Part shown: positions 31,201 to 46,200 of the stretch, piece by piece
How the letters are laid out: every line of letters begins with the position of its first letter
Position numbering within the stretch: the stretch's first letter is position 1
Assembly: GCA_964016885.1 (NCBI GenBank)
Contig: CAXHJY010001634.1
Coordinates: 1-64,000 of the forward strand
Reading direction: 5' to 3'
Length of the DNA stretch: 64,000 nucleotides
DNA from: Eledone cirrhosa
Lineage: Eukaryota
Translations under genes and position numbers: made by a program
Notes under the pieces: model-generated
What the model was told of the DNA's origin: nothing
Seen by the model: only the letters and a program-made list of their open reading frames with translations
Database searches by the model: none

Positions 31201-34200
31201 TCTACAACAACAACAACAGCGGCACCAATGTCTACAACAACAACAACAGCGGCACCAATGTCTACAACAACAACAACACCGGCACCAATGTCTACAACAA
31301 CAACAACAGCGGCACCAATGTCTACAACAACAACAACAGCGGCACCAATGTCTACAACAACAACAACAACAGCGGCACCAATGTCTACAACAACAACAAC
31401 AACAACGGCACCAATGTCTACAACAACAACAGCGGCACCAATGTCTACAACAACAACAACAGCGGCACCAATGTCTACAACAACAGCAACAACAGCGGCA
31501 CCAGTGTCTACAACAACAACAGCGGCACCAATGTCTACAACAACAACAACACCGGCACCAATGTCTACAACAACAACAACAACAGCGGCACCAATGTCTA
31601 CAACAACAACAACAGCGGCACCAATGTCTACAACAACAACAACAGCGGCACCAATGTCTACAACAACAACAACAGCGGCACCAATGTCTACAACAACAAC
31701 AACAGCGGCACCAATGTCTACAACAACAACAACACCGGCACCAATGTCTACAACAACAACAACAACAGCGGCACCAATGTCTACAACAACAACAACAGCG
31801 GCACCAATGTCTACAACAACAACAACACCGGCACCAATGTCTACAACAACAACAACAGCGGCACCAATGTCTACAACAACAACAACAGCGGCACCAATGT
31901 CTACAACAACAACAACAGCGGCACCAATGTCTACAACAACAACACCGGCACCAATGTCTACAACAACAACAACAGCGGCACTAATGTCTACAACAACAAC
32001 AACAACAGCGGCACCAATGTCTACAACAACAACACGGGCACCAATGTCTACAACAACAACAACAGCGGCACCAATGTCTACAACAACAACAAAACCGGCA
32101 CCAATGTCTACAACAACAACAACAGCGGCACCAATGTCTACAACAACAACAACACCGGCACCAATGTCTACAACAACAACAACAGCGGCACCAATGTCTA
32201 CAACAACAACAACAGCGGCACCAATGTCTACAACAACAACAACACAGGCACCAATGTCTACAACAACAACAACACAGGCACCAATGTCTACAACAACAAC
32301 AACAACAGCGGCACCAATGTCTACAACAACAACAACAACAGCGGCACCAATGTCTACAACAACAACAACACCGGCACCAATGTCTACAACAACAACAACA
32401 GCGGCACCAATGTCTACAACAACAACAACAACACCGGCACCAATGTCTACAACAACAACAACAACAGCGGCACCAATGTCTACAACAACAACAACAACAG
32501 CGGCACCAATGTCTACAACAACAACAACAGCGGCACCAATGTCTACAACAACAACAACAATAGCGGCACCAATGTCTACAACAACAACAACAGCGGCACC
32601 AATGTCTACAACAACAACAACAACAGCGGCACCAATGTCTACAACAACAACAACAGCGGCACCAACGTCTACAACAACAACAACAGCGGCACCAATGTCT
32701 ACAACAACAACAACAGCTGCACCAATGTCTACAACAACAACAACACCGGCACCAATGTCTACAACAACAGCAACAACAGCGGCACCAATGTCTACAACAA
32801 CAACAACAGCGGCACCAATGTCTACAACAACAACAACAGCGGCACCAATGTCTACAACAACAACAACACAGGCACCAATGTCTACAACAACAACAACACC
32901 GGCACCAATGTCTACAACAACAACATCAGCGGCACCAATGTCTACAACAACAACATCAGCGGCACCAATGTCTACAACAACAACAACACCGGCACCAATG
33001 TCTACAACAACAACATCAGCGGCACCAATGTCTACAACAACAACAACACCGGCACCAATATCTACAACAACAACAACAGCGGCACCAATGTCTACAACAA
33101 CAACAACAGCGGCACCAATGTCTACAACAACAACACCGGCACCAATGTCTACAACAACAACAACAGCGGCACCAATGTCTACAACAACAACATCAGCGGC
33201 ACCAATGTCTACAACAACAACATCAGCGGCACCAATGTCTACAACAACAACAACAGCGGCACCAATGTCTACAACAACAACAACACCGGCACCAATGTCT
33301 ACAACAACAACATCAGCGGCACCAATGTCTACAACAACAACAACAGCGGCACCAATGTCTACAACAACAACAACACCGGCACCAATGTCTACAACAACAA
33401 CAACAGCGGCACCAATGTCTACAACAACAACAACAACAACAACACCGGCACCAATGTCTACAACAACAACAACAACAACAACACCGGCACCAATGTCTAC
33501 AACAACAACAACAGCGGCACCAATGTCTACAACAACAACAACAACAACAACACCGGCACCAATGTCTACAACAACAACAACACCGGCACCAATGTCTACA
33601 ACAACAACAACAGCGGCACCAATGTCTACAACAACAACAACAACAGCGGCACCAATGTCTACAACAACAACAACAACAGCGGCACCAATGTCTACAACAA
33701 CAACAACAACAGCGGCACCAATGTCTACAACAACAACAACAACACTGGCACCAATGTCTACAACAACAGCAACAACAGCGGCACCAATGTCTACAACAAC
33801 AACAACAACACCGGCACCAATGTCTACAACAACAACAACAACACCGGCACCAATGTCTACAACAACAGCAACAACAGCGGCACCAATGTCTACAACAACA
33901 ACAACAACACCGGCACCAATGTCTACAACAACAGCAACAACAGCGGCACCAATGTCTACAACAACAACAACAACACCGGCACCAATGTCTACAACAACAA
34001 CAACAACAGCGGCACCAATGTCTACAACAACAACAACAACACCGGCACCAATGTCTACAACAACAACAACAACACCGGCACCAATGTCTACAACAACAAC
34101 AACAACAGCGGCACCAATGTCTACAACAACAACAACAACACCGGCACCAATGTCTACAACAACAACAACAACACCGGCACCAATGTCTACAACAACAACA

Positions 34201-37200
34201 ACAACAGCGGCACCAATGTCTACAACAACAACAACAACACCGGCACCAATGTCTACAACAACAACAACAACACCGGCACCAATGTCTACAACAACAACAA
34301 CAACACCGGCACCAATGTCTACAACAACAACAACAACACCGGCACCAATGTCTACAACAACAACAACAACAGCGGCACCAATGTCTACAACAACAACAAC
34401 AACAGCGGCACCAATGTCTACAACAACAACAACAACAGCGGCACCAATGTCTACAACAACAACAACAACAGCGGCACCAATGTCTACAACAACAACAACA
34501 ACAGCGGCACCAATGTCTACAACAACAACAACAACAGCGGCACCAATGTCTACAACAACAACAACAACAGCGGCACCAATGTCTACAACAACAACAACAA
34601 CAGCGGCACCAATGTCTACAACAACAACAACAACACCGGCACCAATGTCTACAACAACAACAACAGCGGCACCAATGTCTACAACAACAACAACAACAGC
34701 GGCACCAATGTCTACAACAACAACAACAACAGCGGCACCAATGTCTACAACAACAACAACAGCGGCACCAATGTCTACAACAACAACAACAACACCGGCA
34801 CCAATGTCTACAACAACAATAACAACAGCGGCACCAATGTCTACAACAACAACAACAACACCGGCACCAATGTCTACAACAACAACAACAGCGGCACCAA
34901 TGTCTACAACAACAACAACAACAGCTGCACCAATGTCTACAACAACAACAACAACAACAGCGGCACCAATGTCTACAACAACAACAACAACAGCGGCACC
35001 AATGTCTACAACAACAACAACAACAGCGGCACCAATGTCTACAACAACAACAACAACACCGGCACCAATGTCTACAACAACAACAACAGCGGCACCAATG
35101 TCTACAACAACAACAACAACAGCGGCACCAATGTCTACAACAACAACAACAACAACAACAGCGGCACCAATGTCTACAACAACAACAACAACAGCGGCAC
35201 CAATGTCTACAACAACAACAACAACAGCGGCACCAATGTCTACAACAACAACAACAACAGCGGCACCAATGTCTACAACAACAACAACAACACCGGCACC
35301 AATGTCTACAACAACAACAACAACAACAGCGGCACCAATGTCTACAACAACAACAACAGCGGCACCAATGTCTACAACAACAACAACAGCGGCACCAATG
35401 TCTACAACAACAACAACAACAGCGGCACCAATGTCTACAACAACAACAACAGCGGCACCAATGTCTACAACAACAACAACAGCGGCACCAATGTCTACAA
35501 CAACAACAACAACAGCGGCACCAATGTCTACAACAACAACAACAGCGGCACCAATGTCTACAACAACAACAACAGCGGCACCAATGTCTACAACAACAAC
35601 AACAGCGGCACCAATGTCTACAACAACAACAACAACAGCGGCACCAATGTCTACAACAACAACAACAACAGCGGCACCAATGTCTACAACAACAACAACA
35701 GCGGCACCAATGTCTACAACAACAACAACAGCGGCACCAATGTCTACAACAACAACAACAACAGCGGCACCAATGTCTACAACAACAACAACAGCGGCAC
35801 CAATGTCTACAACAACAACAACAGCGGCACCAATGTCTACAACAACAACAACAACACCGGCACCAATGTCTACAACAACAACAACAACAGCGGCACCAAT
35901 GTCTACAACAACAACAACAGCGGCACCAATGTCTACAACAACAACAACAACAGCGGCACCAATGTCTACAACAACAACAACAACAGCGGCACCAATGTCT
36001 ACAACAACAACAACAGCGGCACCAATGTCTACAACAACAACAACAACAGCGGCACCAATGTCTACAACAACAACAACAACAGCGGCACCAATGTCTACAA
36101 CAACAACAACAGCGGCACCAATGTCTACAACAACAACAACAACAGCGGCACCAATGTCTACAACAACAACAACAACAGCGGCACCAATGTCTACAACAAC
36201 AACAACAACAGCGACACCAATGTCTACAACAACAACAACAACAGCGGCACCAGTGTCTACAACAACAACAACAACACCGGCACCAATGTCTACAACAACA
36301 ACAGCGGCACCAATGTCTACAACAACAGCAACAACAGCGGCACCAATGTCTACAACAACAACAACAGCGGCACCAATGTCTACAACAACAACAACAACAG
36401 CGGCACCAATGTCTACAACAACAACAACAGCGGCACCAATGTCTACAACAACAACAACAGCGGCACCAATGTCTACAACAACAACAACAACAGCGGCACC
36501 AATGTCTACAACAACAACAACAGCGGCACCAATGTCTACAACAACAACAACAGCGGCACCAATGTCTACAACAACAACAACAACAGCGGCACCAATGTCT
36601 ACAACAACAACAACAGCGGCACCAATGTCTACAACAACAACAACAGCGGCACCAATGTCTACAACAACAACAACAGCGGCACCAATGTCTACAACAACAA
36701 CAACAACAGCGGCACCAATGTCTACAACAACAACAACAACAGCGGCACCAATGTCTACAACAACAACAACAGCGGCACCAATGTCTACAACAACAACAAC
36801 AGCGGCACCAATGTCTACAACAACAACAACAACAGCGGCACCAATGTCTACAACAACAACAACAGCGGCACCAATGTCTACAACAACAACAACAGCGGCA
36901 CCAATGTCTACAACAACAACAACAACACCGGCACCAATGTCTACAACAACAACAACAACAGCGGCACCAATGTCTACAACAACAACAACAGCGGCACCAA
37001 TGTCTACAACAACAACAACAACAGCGGCACCAATGTCTACAACAACAACAACAACAGCGGCACCAATGTCTACAACAACAACAACAGCGGCACCAATGTC
37101 TACAACAACAACAACAACAGCGGCACCAATGTCTACAACAACAACAACAACAGCGGCACCAATGTCTACAACAACAACAACAGCGGCACCAATGTCTACA

Positions 37201-40200
37201 ACAACAACAACAACAGCGGCACCAATGTCTACAACAACAACAACAACAGCGGCACCAATGTCTACAACAACAACAACAACAGCGACACCAATGTCTACAA
37301 CAACAACAACAACAGCGGCACCAGTGTCTACAACAACAACAACAACACCGGCACCAATGTCTACAACAACAACAGCGGCACCAATGTCTACAACAACAGC
37401 AACAACAGCGGCACCAATGTCTACAACAACAACAACAGCGGCACCAATGTCTACAACAACAACAACAACAGCGGCACCAATGTCTACAACAACAACAACA
37501 ACAACAACAGCGGCACCAATGTCTACAACAACAACAACAGCGGCACCAATGTCTACAACAACAACAACAACAGCGGCACCAATGTCTACAACAACAACAA
37601 CAACAACAACAGCGGCACCAATGTCTACAACAACAACAACAACAGCGGCACCAATGTCTACAACAACAACAACAACAGCGGCACCAATGTCTACAACAAC
37701 AACAACAACAGCGGCACCAATGTGTACAACAACAACAACAACAGCGGCACCAATGTCTACAACAACAACAACAGCGGCACCAATGTCTACAACAACAACA
37801 ACAACAGCGGCACCAATGTCTACAACAACAACAACAACAGCGGCACCAATGTCTACAACAACAACAACGGCACCAACGTCTACAACAACAACAGCGGCAC
37901 CAGTGTCTACAACAACAACAGCGGCACCAATGTCTACAACAACAACAACAGCGGCACCAACGTCTACAACAACAACAGCGGCACCAGTGTCTACAACAAC
38001 AACAGCGGCACCAATGTCTACAACAACAACAACAACAGCGGCACCAATGTCTACAACAACAACAACAACAACAGCGGCACCAATGTCTACAACAACAACA
38101 ACAGCGGCACCAATGTCTACAACAACAACAGCGGCACCAATGTCTACAACAACAACAACAACAACAGCGGCACCAATGTCTACAACAACAACAACAGCGG
38201 CACCAATGTCTACAACAACAACAACAGCGGCACCAATGTCTACAACAACAACAACAGCGGCACCAATGTCTACAACAACAACAACAGCGGCACCAATGTC
38301 TACAACAACAACAACACCGGCACCAATGTCTACAACAACAACAACAGCGGCACCAATGTCTACAACAACAACAACAGCGGCACCAATGTCTACAACAACA
38401 ACAACACCGGCACCAATGTCTACAACAACAACAACAGCGGCACCAATGTCTACAACAACAACAACAGCGGCACCAATGTCTACAACAACAACAACACCGG
38501 CACCAATGTCTACAACAGCAACAACACCGGCACCAATGTCTACAACAACAACAACAGCGGCACCAATGTCTACAACAACAACAACAACAGCGGCACCAAT
38601 GTCTACAACAACAACAACAACAGCGGCACCAATGTCTACAACAACAACAACAACAGCGGCACCAATATCTACAACAACAACAACAGCGGCACCAATGTCT
38701 ACAACAACAGCAACAACAGCGGCACCAATGTCTACAACAACAACAACAGCGGCACCAATGTCTACAACAACAACAACAGCGGCACCAATGTCTACAACAG
38801 CAACAACACCGGCACCAATGTCTACAACAACAACAACAGCGGCACCAATGTCTACAACAACAACAACACCGGCACCAATGTCTACAACAACAACAACAGC
38901 GGCACCAATGTCTACAACAACAACAACAGCGGCACCAATGTCTACAACAACAACAACAGCGGCACCAATGTCTACAACAACAACAACAGCGGCACCAATG
39001 TCTACAACAGCAACAACACCGGCACCAATGTCTACAACAACAACAACAGCGGCACCAATGTCTACAACAACAACAACAACAGCGGCACCAATGTCTACAA
39101 CAACAACAACAACAGCGGCACCAATGTCTACAACAACAACAACAACAGCGGCACCAATATCTACAACAACAACAACAGCGGCACCAATGTCTACAACAAC
39201 AACAACACCGGCACCAATGTCTACAACAACAACAACAGCGGCACCAATGTCTACAACAACAAAAACAGCGGCACCAATGTCTACAACAACAACAACAACA
39301 GCGGCACCAATGTCTACAACAACAACAACAGCAACGGCACCAATGTCTACAACAACAACAACAGCGGCACCAATGTCTACAACAACAACAACAACACCGG
39401 CACCAATGTCTACAACAACAACAACAGCGGCACCAATGTCTACAACAACAGCAACAACAGCGGCACCAGTGTCTACAACAACAACAGCGGCACCAATGTC
39501 TACAACAACAACAACACCGGCACCAATGTCTACAACAACAACAACAACAGCGGCACCAATGTCTACAACAACAACAACAGCGGCACCAATGTCTACAACA
39601 ACAACAACAGCGGCACCAATGTCTACAACAACAACAACAGCGGCACCAATGTCTACAACAACAACAACAGCGGCACCAATGTCTACAACAACAACAACAC
39701 CGGCACCAATGTCTACAACAACAACAACAACAGCGGCACCAATGTCTACAACAACAACAACAGCGGCACCAATGTCTACAACAACAACAACAGCGGCACC
39801 AATGTCTACAACAACAACAACAGCGGCACCAATGTCTACAACAACAACACCGGCACCAATGTCTACAACAACAACAACAGCGGCACTAATGTCTACAACA
39901 ACAACAACAACAGCGGTACCAATGTCTACAACAACAACAACAGCGGCACCAATGTCTACAACAACAACACGGGCACCAATGTCTACAACAACAACAACAG
40001 CGGCACCAATGTCTACAACAACAACACCGGCACCAATGTCTACAACAACAACAACAGCGGCACCAATGTCTACAACAACAACAACACCGGCACCAATGTC
40101 TACAACAACAACAACAGCGGCACCAATGTCTACAACAACAACAACAGCGGCACCAATGTCTACAACAACAACAACACAGGCACCAATGTCTACAACAACA

Positions 40201-43200
40201 ACAACACAGGCACCAATGTCTACAACAACAACAACAACAGCGGCACCAATGTCTACAACAACAACAACAGCGGCACCAATGTCTACAACAACAACAACAA
40301 CAGCGGCACCAATGTCTACAACAACAACAACACCGGCACCAATGTCTACAACAACAACAACAGCGGCACCAATGTCTACAACAACAACAACAGCGGCACC
40401 AATGTCTACAACAACAACAACACAGGCACCAATGTCTACAACAACAACAACACAGGCACCAATGTCTACAACAACAACAACACCGGCACCAATGTCTACA
40501 ACAACAACATCAGCGGCACCAATGTCTACAACAACAACAACACCGGCACCAATATCTACAACAACAACAACAGCGGCACCAATGTCTACAACAACAACAA
40601 CAGCGGCACCAATGTCTACAACAACAACACCGGCACCAATGTCTACAACAACAACAACAGCGGCACCAATGTCTACAACAACAACAACAGTGGCACCAAT
40701 GTCTACAACAACAACAACAGCGGCACCAATGTCTACAACAACAACAACAGCGGCACGAATGTCTACAACAACAACAACAACTCCGGCACCAATATCTACA
40801 ACAACAACAACAACAGCGGCACCAATGTCTACAACAACAACAACAGCGGCACCAATGTCTACAACAACAACAACAACAACAACAACACCGGCACCAATGT
40901 CTACAACAACAACAACAACAACAACACCGGCACCAATGTCTACAACAACAACAACAGCGGCACCAATGTCTACAACAACAACAACAACAACAACACCGGC
41001 ACCAATGTCTACAACAACAACAACACCGGCACCAATGTCTACAACAACAACAACAGCGGCACCAATGTCTACAAAAACAACAACAACAGCGGCACCAATG
41101 TCTACAACAACAACAACAGCGGCACCAATGTCTACAACAACAACAACAACAGCGGCACCAATGTCTACAACAACAACAACAACAGCGGCACCAATGTCTA
41201 CAACAACAACAACAACACCGGCACCAATGTCTACAACAACAACAACAACAGCGGCACCAATGTCTACAACAACAACAACAGCGGCACCAGTGTCTACAAC
41301 AACAACAACAACAACGGCACCAATGTCTACAACAACAACAACAGCGGCACCAATGTCTACAACAACAGCAACAACAGCGGCACCAATGTCTACAACAACA
41401 ACAACAGCGGCACCAATGTCTACAACAACAACAACAGCGGCACCAATGTCTACAACAACAACAACAACAGCGGCACCAATGTCTACAACAACAACAACAA
41501 CAACAACAGCGGCACCAATGTCTACAACAACAACAACAACAACAGCGGCACCAATGTCTACAACAACAACAACAACAGCGGCACCAATGTCTACAACAAC
41601 AACAACAGCGGCACCAATGTCTACAACAACAACAACAACACCGGCACCAATGTCTACAACAACAATAACAACAGCGGCACCAATGTCTACAACAACAACA
41701 ACAACACCGGCACCAATGTCTACAACAACAACAACAGCGGCACCAATGTCTACAACAACAACAACAACAGCGGCACCAATGTCTACAACAACAACAATAA
41801 CAGCGGCACCAATGTCTACAACAACAACAATAACAGCGGCACCAATGTCTACAACAACAACAACAACAACAACAGCGGCACCAATGTCTACAACAACAAC
41901 AACAGCGGCACCAATGTCTACAACAACAACAACAACACCGGCACCAATGTCTACAACAACAATAACAACAGCGGCACCAATGTCTACAACAACAACAACA
42001 ACACCGGCACCAATGTCTACAACAACAACAACAGCGGCACCAATGTCTACAACAACAACAACAACAGCGGCACCAATGTCTACAACAACAACAACAACAG
42101 CGGCACCAATGTCTACAACAACAACAACAACAGCGGCACCAATGTCTACAACAACAACAACAACAGCGGCACCAATGTCTACAACAACAACAACAACACC
42201 GGCACCAATGTCTACAACAACAACAACAACACCGGCACCAATGTCTACAACAACAACAACAACAACAACAGCGGCACCAATGTCTACAACAACAACAACA
42301 ACAACAGCGGCACCAATGTCTACAACAACAACAACAACAGCGGCACCAATGTCTACAACAACAACAACAACAACAACAGCGGCACCAATGTCTACAACAA
42401 CAACAACAACAGCGGCACCAATGTCTACAACAACAACAACAACAACAACAGCGGCACCAATGTCTACAACAACAACAACAACACCGGCACCAATGTCTAC
42501 AACAACAACAACAGCGGCACCAATGTCTACAACAACTACAACAACAGCAGCACCAAGGTCTACAACAACAACAACAACTCCGGCACCAATGTCTACAACA
42601 ACAACAGCGGCACCAATGTCTACAACAACAACAACAGCGGCACCAATGTCTACAACAACAACAACAGCGGCACCAATGTCTACAACAACAACAACACCGG
42701 CACCAATGTCTACAACAACAACAACAACACCGGCACCAATGTCTACAACAACAACAACAGCGGCACCAATGTCTACAACAACAACAACAGCGGCACCAAT
42801 GTCTACAACAACAACAACAGCGGCACCAATGTCTACAACAACAGCAACAACAGCGGCACCAATGTCTACAACAACAACAGCGGCACCAATGTCTACAACA
42901 ACAACAATAACAGCGGCACCAATGTCTACAACAACAACAACAGCGGCACCAATGTCTACAACAACAGCAACAACAGCGGCACCAGTGTCTACAACAACAA
43001 CAGCGGCACCAATGTCTACAACAACATCAACACCGGCACCAATGTCTACAACAACAACAACAGCGGCACCAATGTCTACAACAACAACAACAGCGGCACC
43101 AATGTCTACAACAACAACAACAGCGGCACCAATGTCTACAACAACAACAACAACAGCGGCACCAATGTCTACAACAACAACAACAACACCGGCACCAATT

Positions 43201-46200
43201 TCTACAACAACAACAACAGCGGCACCAATGTCTACAACAACAACAACAGCGGCACCAATGTCTACAACAACAACAACACCGGCACCAATGTCTACAACAA
43301 CAACAACAGCGGCACCAATGTCTACAACAACAACAACAGCGGCACCAATGTCTACAACAACAACAACAACAGCGGCACCAATGTCTACAACAACAACAAC
43401 AACAACGGCACCAATGTCTACAACAACAACAACAGCGGCACCAATGTCTACAACAACAACAACAACACCGGCACCAATGTCTACAACAACAACAACAGCG
43501 GCACCAATGTCTACAACAACAGCAACAACAGCGGCACCAGTGTCTACAACAACAACAGCGGCACCAATGTCTACAACAACAACAACACCGGCACCAATGT
43601 CTACAACAACAACAACAACAGCGGCACCAATGTCTACAACAACAACAACAGCGGCACCAATGTCTACAACAACAACAACAGCGGCACCAATGTCTACAAC
43701 AACAACAACAGCGGCACCAATGTCTACAACAACAACAACAGCGGCACCAATGTCTACAACAACAACAACACCGGCACCAACGTCTACAACAACAACAACA
43801 ACAGCGGCACCAATGTCTACAACAACAACAACAGCGGCACCAATGTCTACAACAACAACAACACCGGCACCAATGTCTACAACAACAACAACAGCGGCAC
43901 CAATGTCTACAACAACAACAACAGCGGCACCAATGTCTACAACAACAACAACAGCGGCACCAATGTCTACAACAACAACACCGGCACCAATGTCTACAAC
44001 AACAACAACAGCGGCACTAATGTCTACAACAACAACAACAACAGCGGCACCAATGTCTACAACAACAACACGGGCACCAATGTCTACAACAACAACAAAA
44101 CCGGCACCAATGTCTACAACAACAACAACAGCGGCACCAATGTCTACAACAACAACAACACCGGCACCAATGTCTACAACAACAACAACAGCGGCACCAA
44201 TGTCTACAACAACAACAACAGCGGCACCAATGTCTACAACAACAACAACACAGGCACCAATGTCTACAACAACAACAACACAGGCACCAATGTCTACAAC
44301 AACAACAACAACAGCGGCACCAATGTCTACAACAACAACAACAGCGGCACCAATGTCTACAACAACAACAACAACAGCGGCACCAATGTCTACAACAACA
44401 ACAACACCGGCACCAATGTCTACAACAACAACAACAGCGGCACCAATGTCTACAACAACAACAACAACACCGGCACCAATGTCTACAACAACAACAACAA
44501 CAGCGGCACCAATGTCTACAACAACAACAACAACAGCGGCACCAATGTCTACAACAACAACAACAGCGGCACCAATGTCTACAACAACAACAACAACAGC
44601 GGCACCAATGTCTACAACAACAACAACAGCGGCACCAATGTCTACAACAACAACAACAACAGCGGCACCAATGTCTACAACAACAACAACAGCGGCACCA
44701 ACGTCTACAACAACAACAACAGCGGCACCAATGTCTACAACAACAACAACAGCGGCACCAATGTCTACAACAACAACAACACCGGCACCAATGTCTACAA
44801 CAACAGCAACAACAGCGGCACCAATGTCTACAACAACAACAACAACAGCGGCACCAACGTCTACAACAACAACAACAGCGGCACCAATGTCTACAACAAC
44901 AACAACACAGGCACCAATGTCTACAACAACAACAACAACAGCGGCACCAATGTCTACAACAACAACAACAGTGGCACCAATGTCTACAACAACAACAACA
45001 GCGGCACCAATGTCTACAACAACAACAACAGCGGCACCAATGTCTACAACAACAACAACACAGGCACCAATGTCTACAACAACAACAACACCGGCACCAA
45101 TGTCTACAACAACAACATCAGCGGCACCAATGTCTACAACAACAACAACACCGGCACCAATGTCTACAACAACAACATCAGCGGCACCAATGTCTACAAC
45201 AACAACAACACCGGCACCAATGTCTACAACAACAACATCAGCGGCACCAATGTCTACAACAACAACAACACCGGCACCAATATCTACAACAACAACAACA
45301 GCGGCACCAATGTCTACAACAACAACAACAGCGGCACCAATGTCTACAACAACAACAACAGCGGCACCAATGTCTACAACAACTACAACAACAGCAGCAC
45401 CAAGGTCTACAACAACAACAACAACTCCGGCACCAATGTCTACAACAACAACAGCGGCACCAATGTCTACAACAACAACAACAGCGGCACCAATGTCTAC
45501 AACAACAACAACAGCGGCACCAATGTCTACAACAACAACAACACCGGCATCAATGTCTACAACAACAACAACAACACCGGCACCAATGTCTACAACAACA
45601 ACAACAGCGGCACCAATGTCTACAACAACAACAACAGCGGCACCAATGTCTACAACAACAACAACAGCGGCACCAATGTCTACAACAACAGCAACAACAG
45701 CGGCACCAATGTCTACAACAACAACAGCGGCACCAATGTCTACAACAACAACAATAACAGCGGCACCAATGTCTACAACAACAACAACAGCGGCACCAAT
45801 GTCTACAACAACAGCAACAACAGCGGCACCAGTGTCTACAACAACAACAGCGGCACCAATGTCTACAACAACATCAACACCGGCACCAATGTCTACAACA
45901 ACAACAACAGCGGCACCAATGTCTACAACAACAACAACAGCGGCACCAATGTCTACAACAACAACAACAGCGGCACCAATGTCTACAACAACAACAACAA
46001 CAGCGGCACCAATGTCTACAACAACAACAACAACACCGGCACCAATTTCTACAACAACAACAACAGCGGCACCAATGTCTACAACAACAACAACAGCGGC
46101 ACCAATGTCTACAACAACAACAACACCGGCACCAATGTCTACAACAACAACAACAGCGGCACCAATGTCTACAACAACAACAACAGCGGCACCAATGTCT

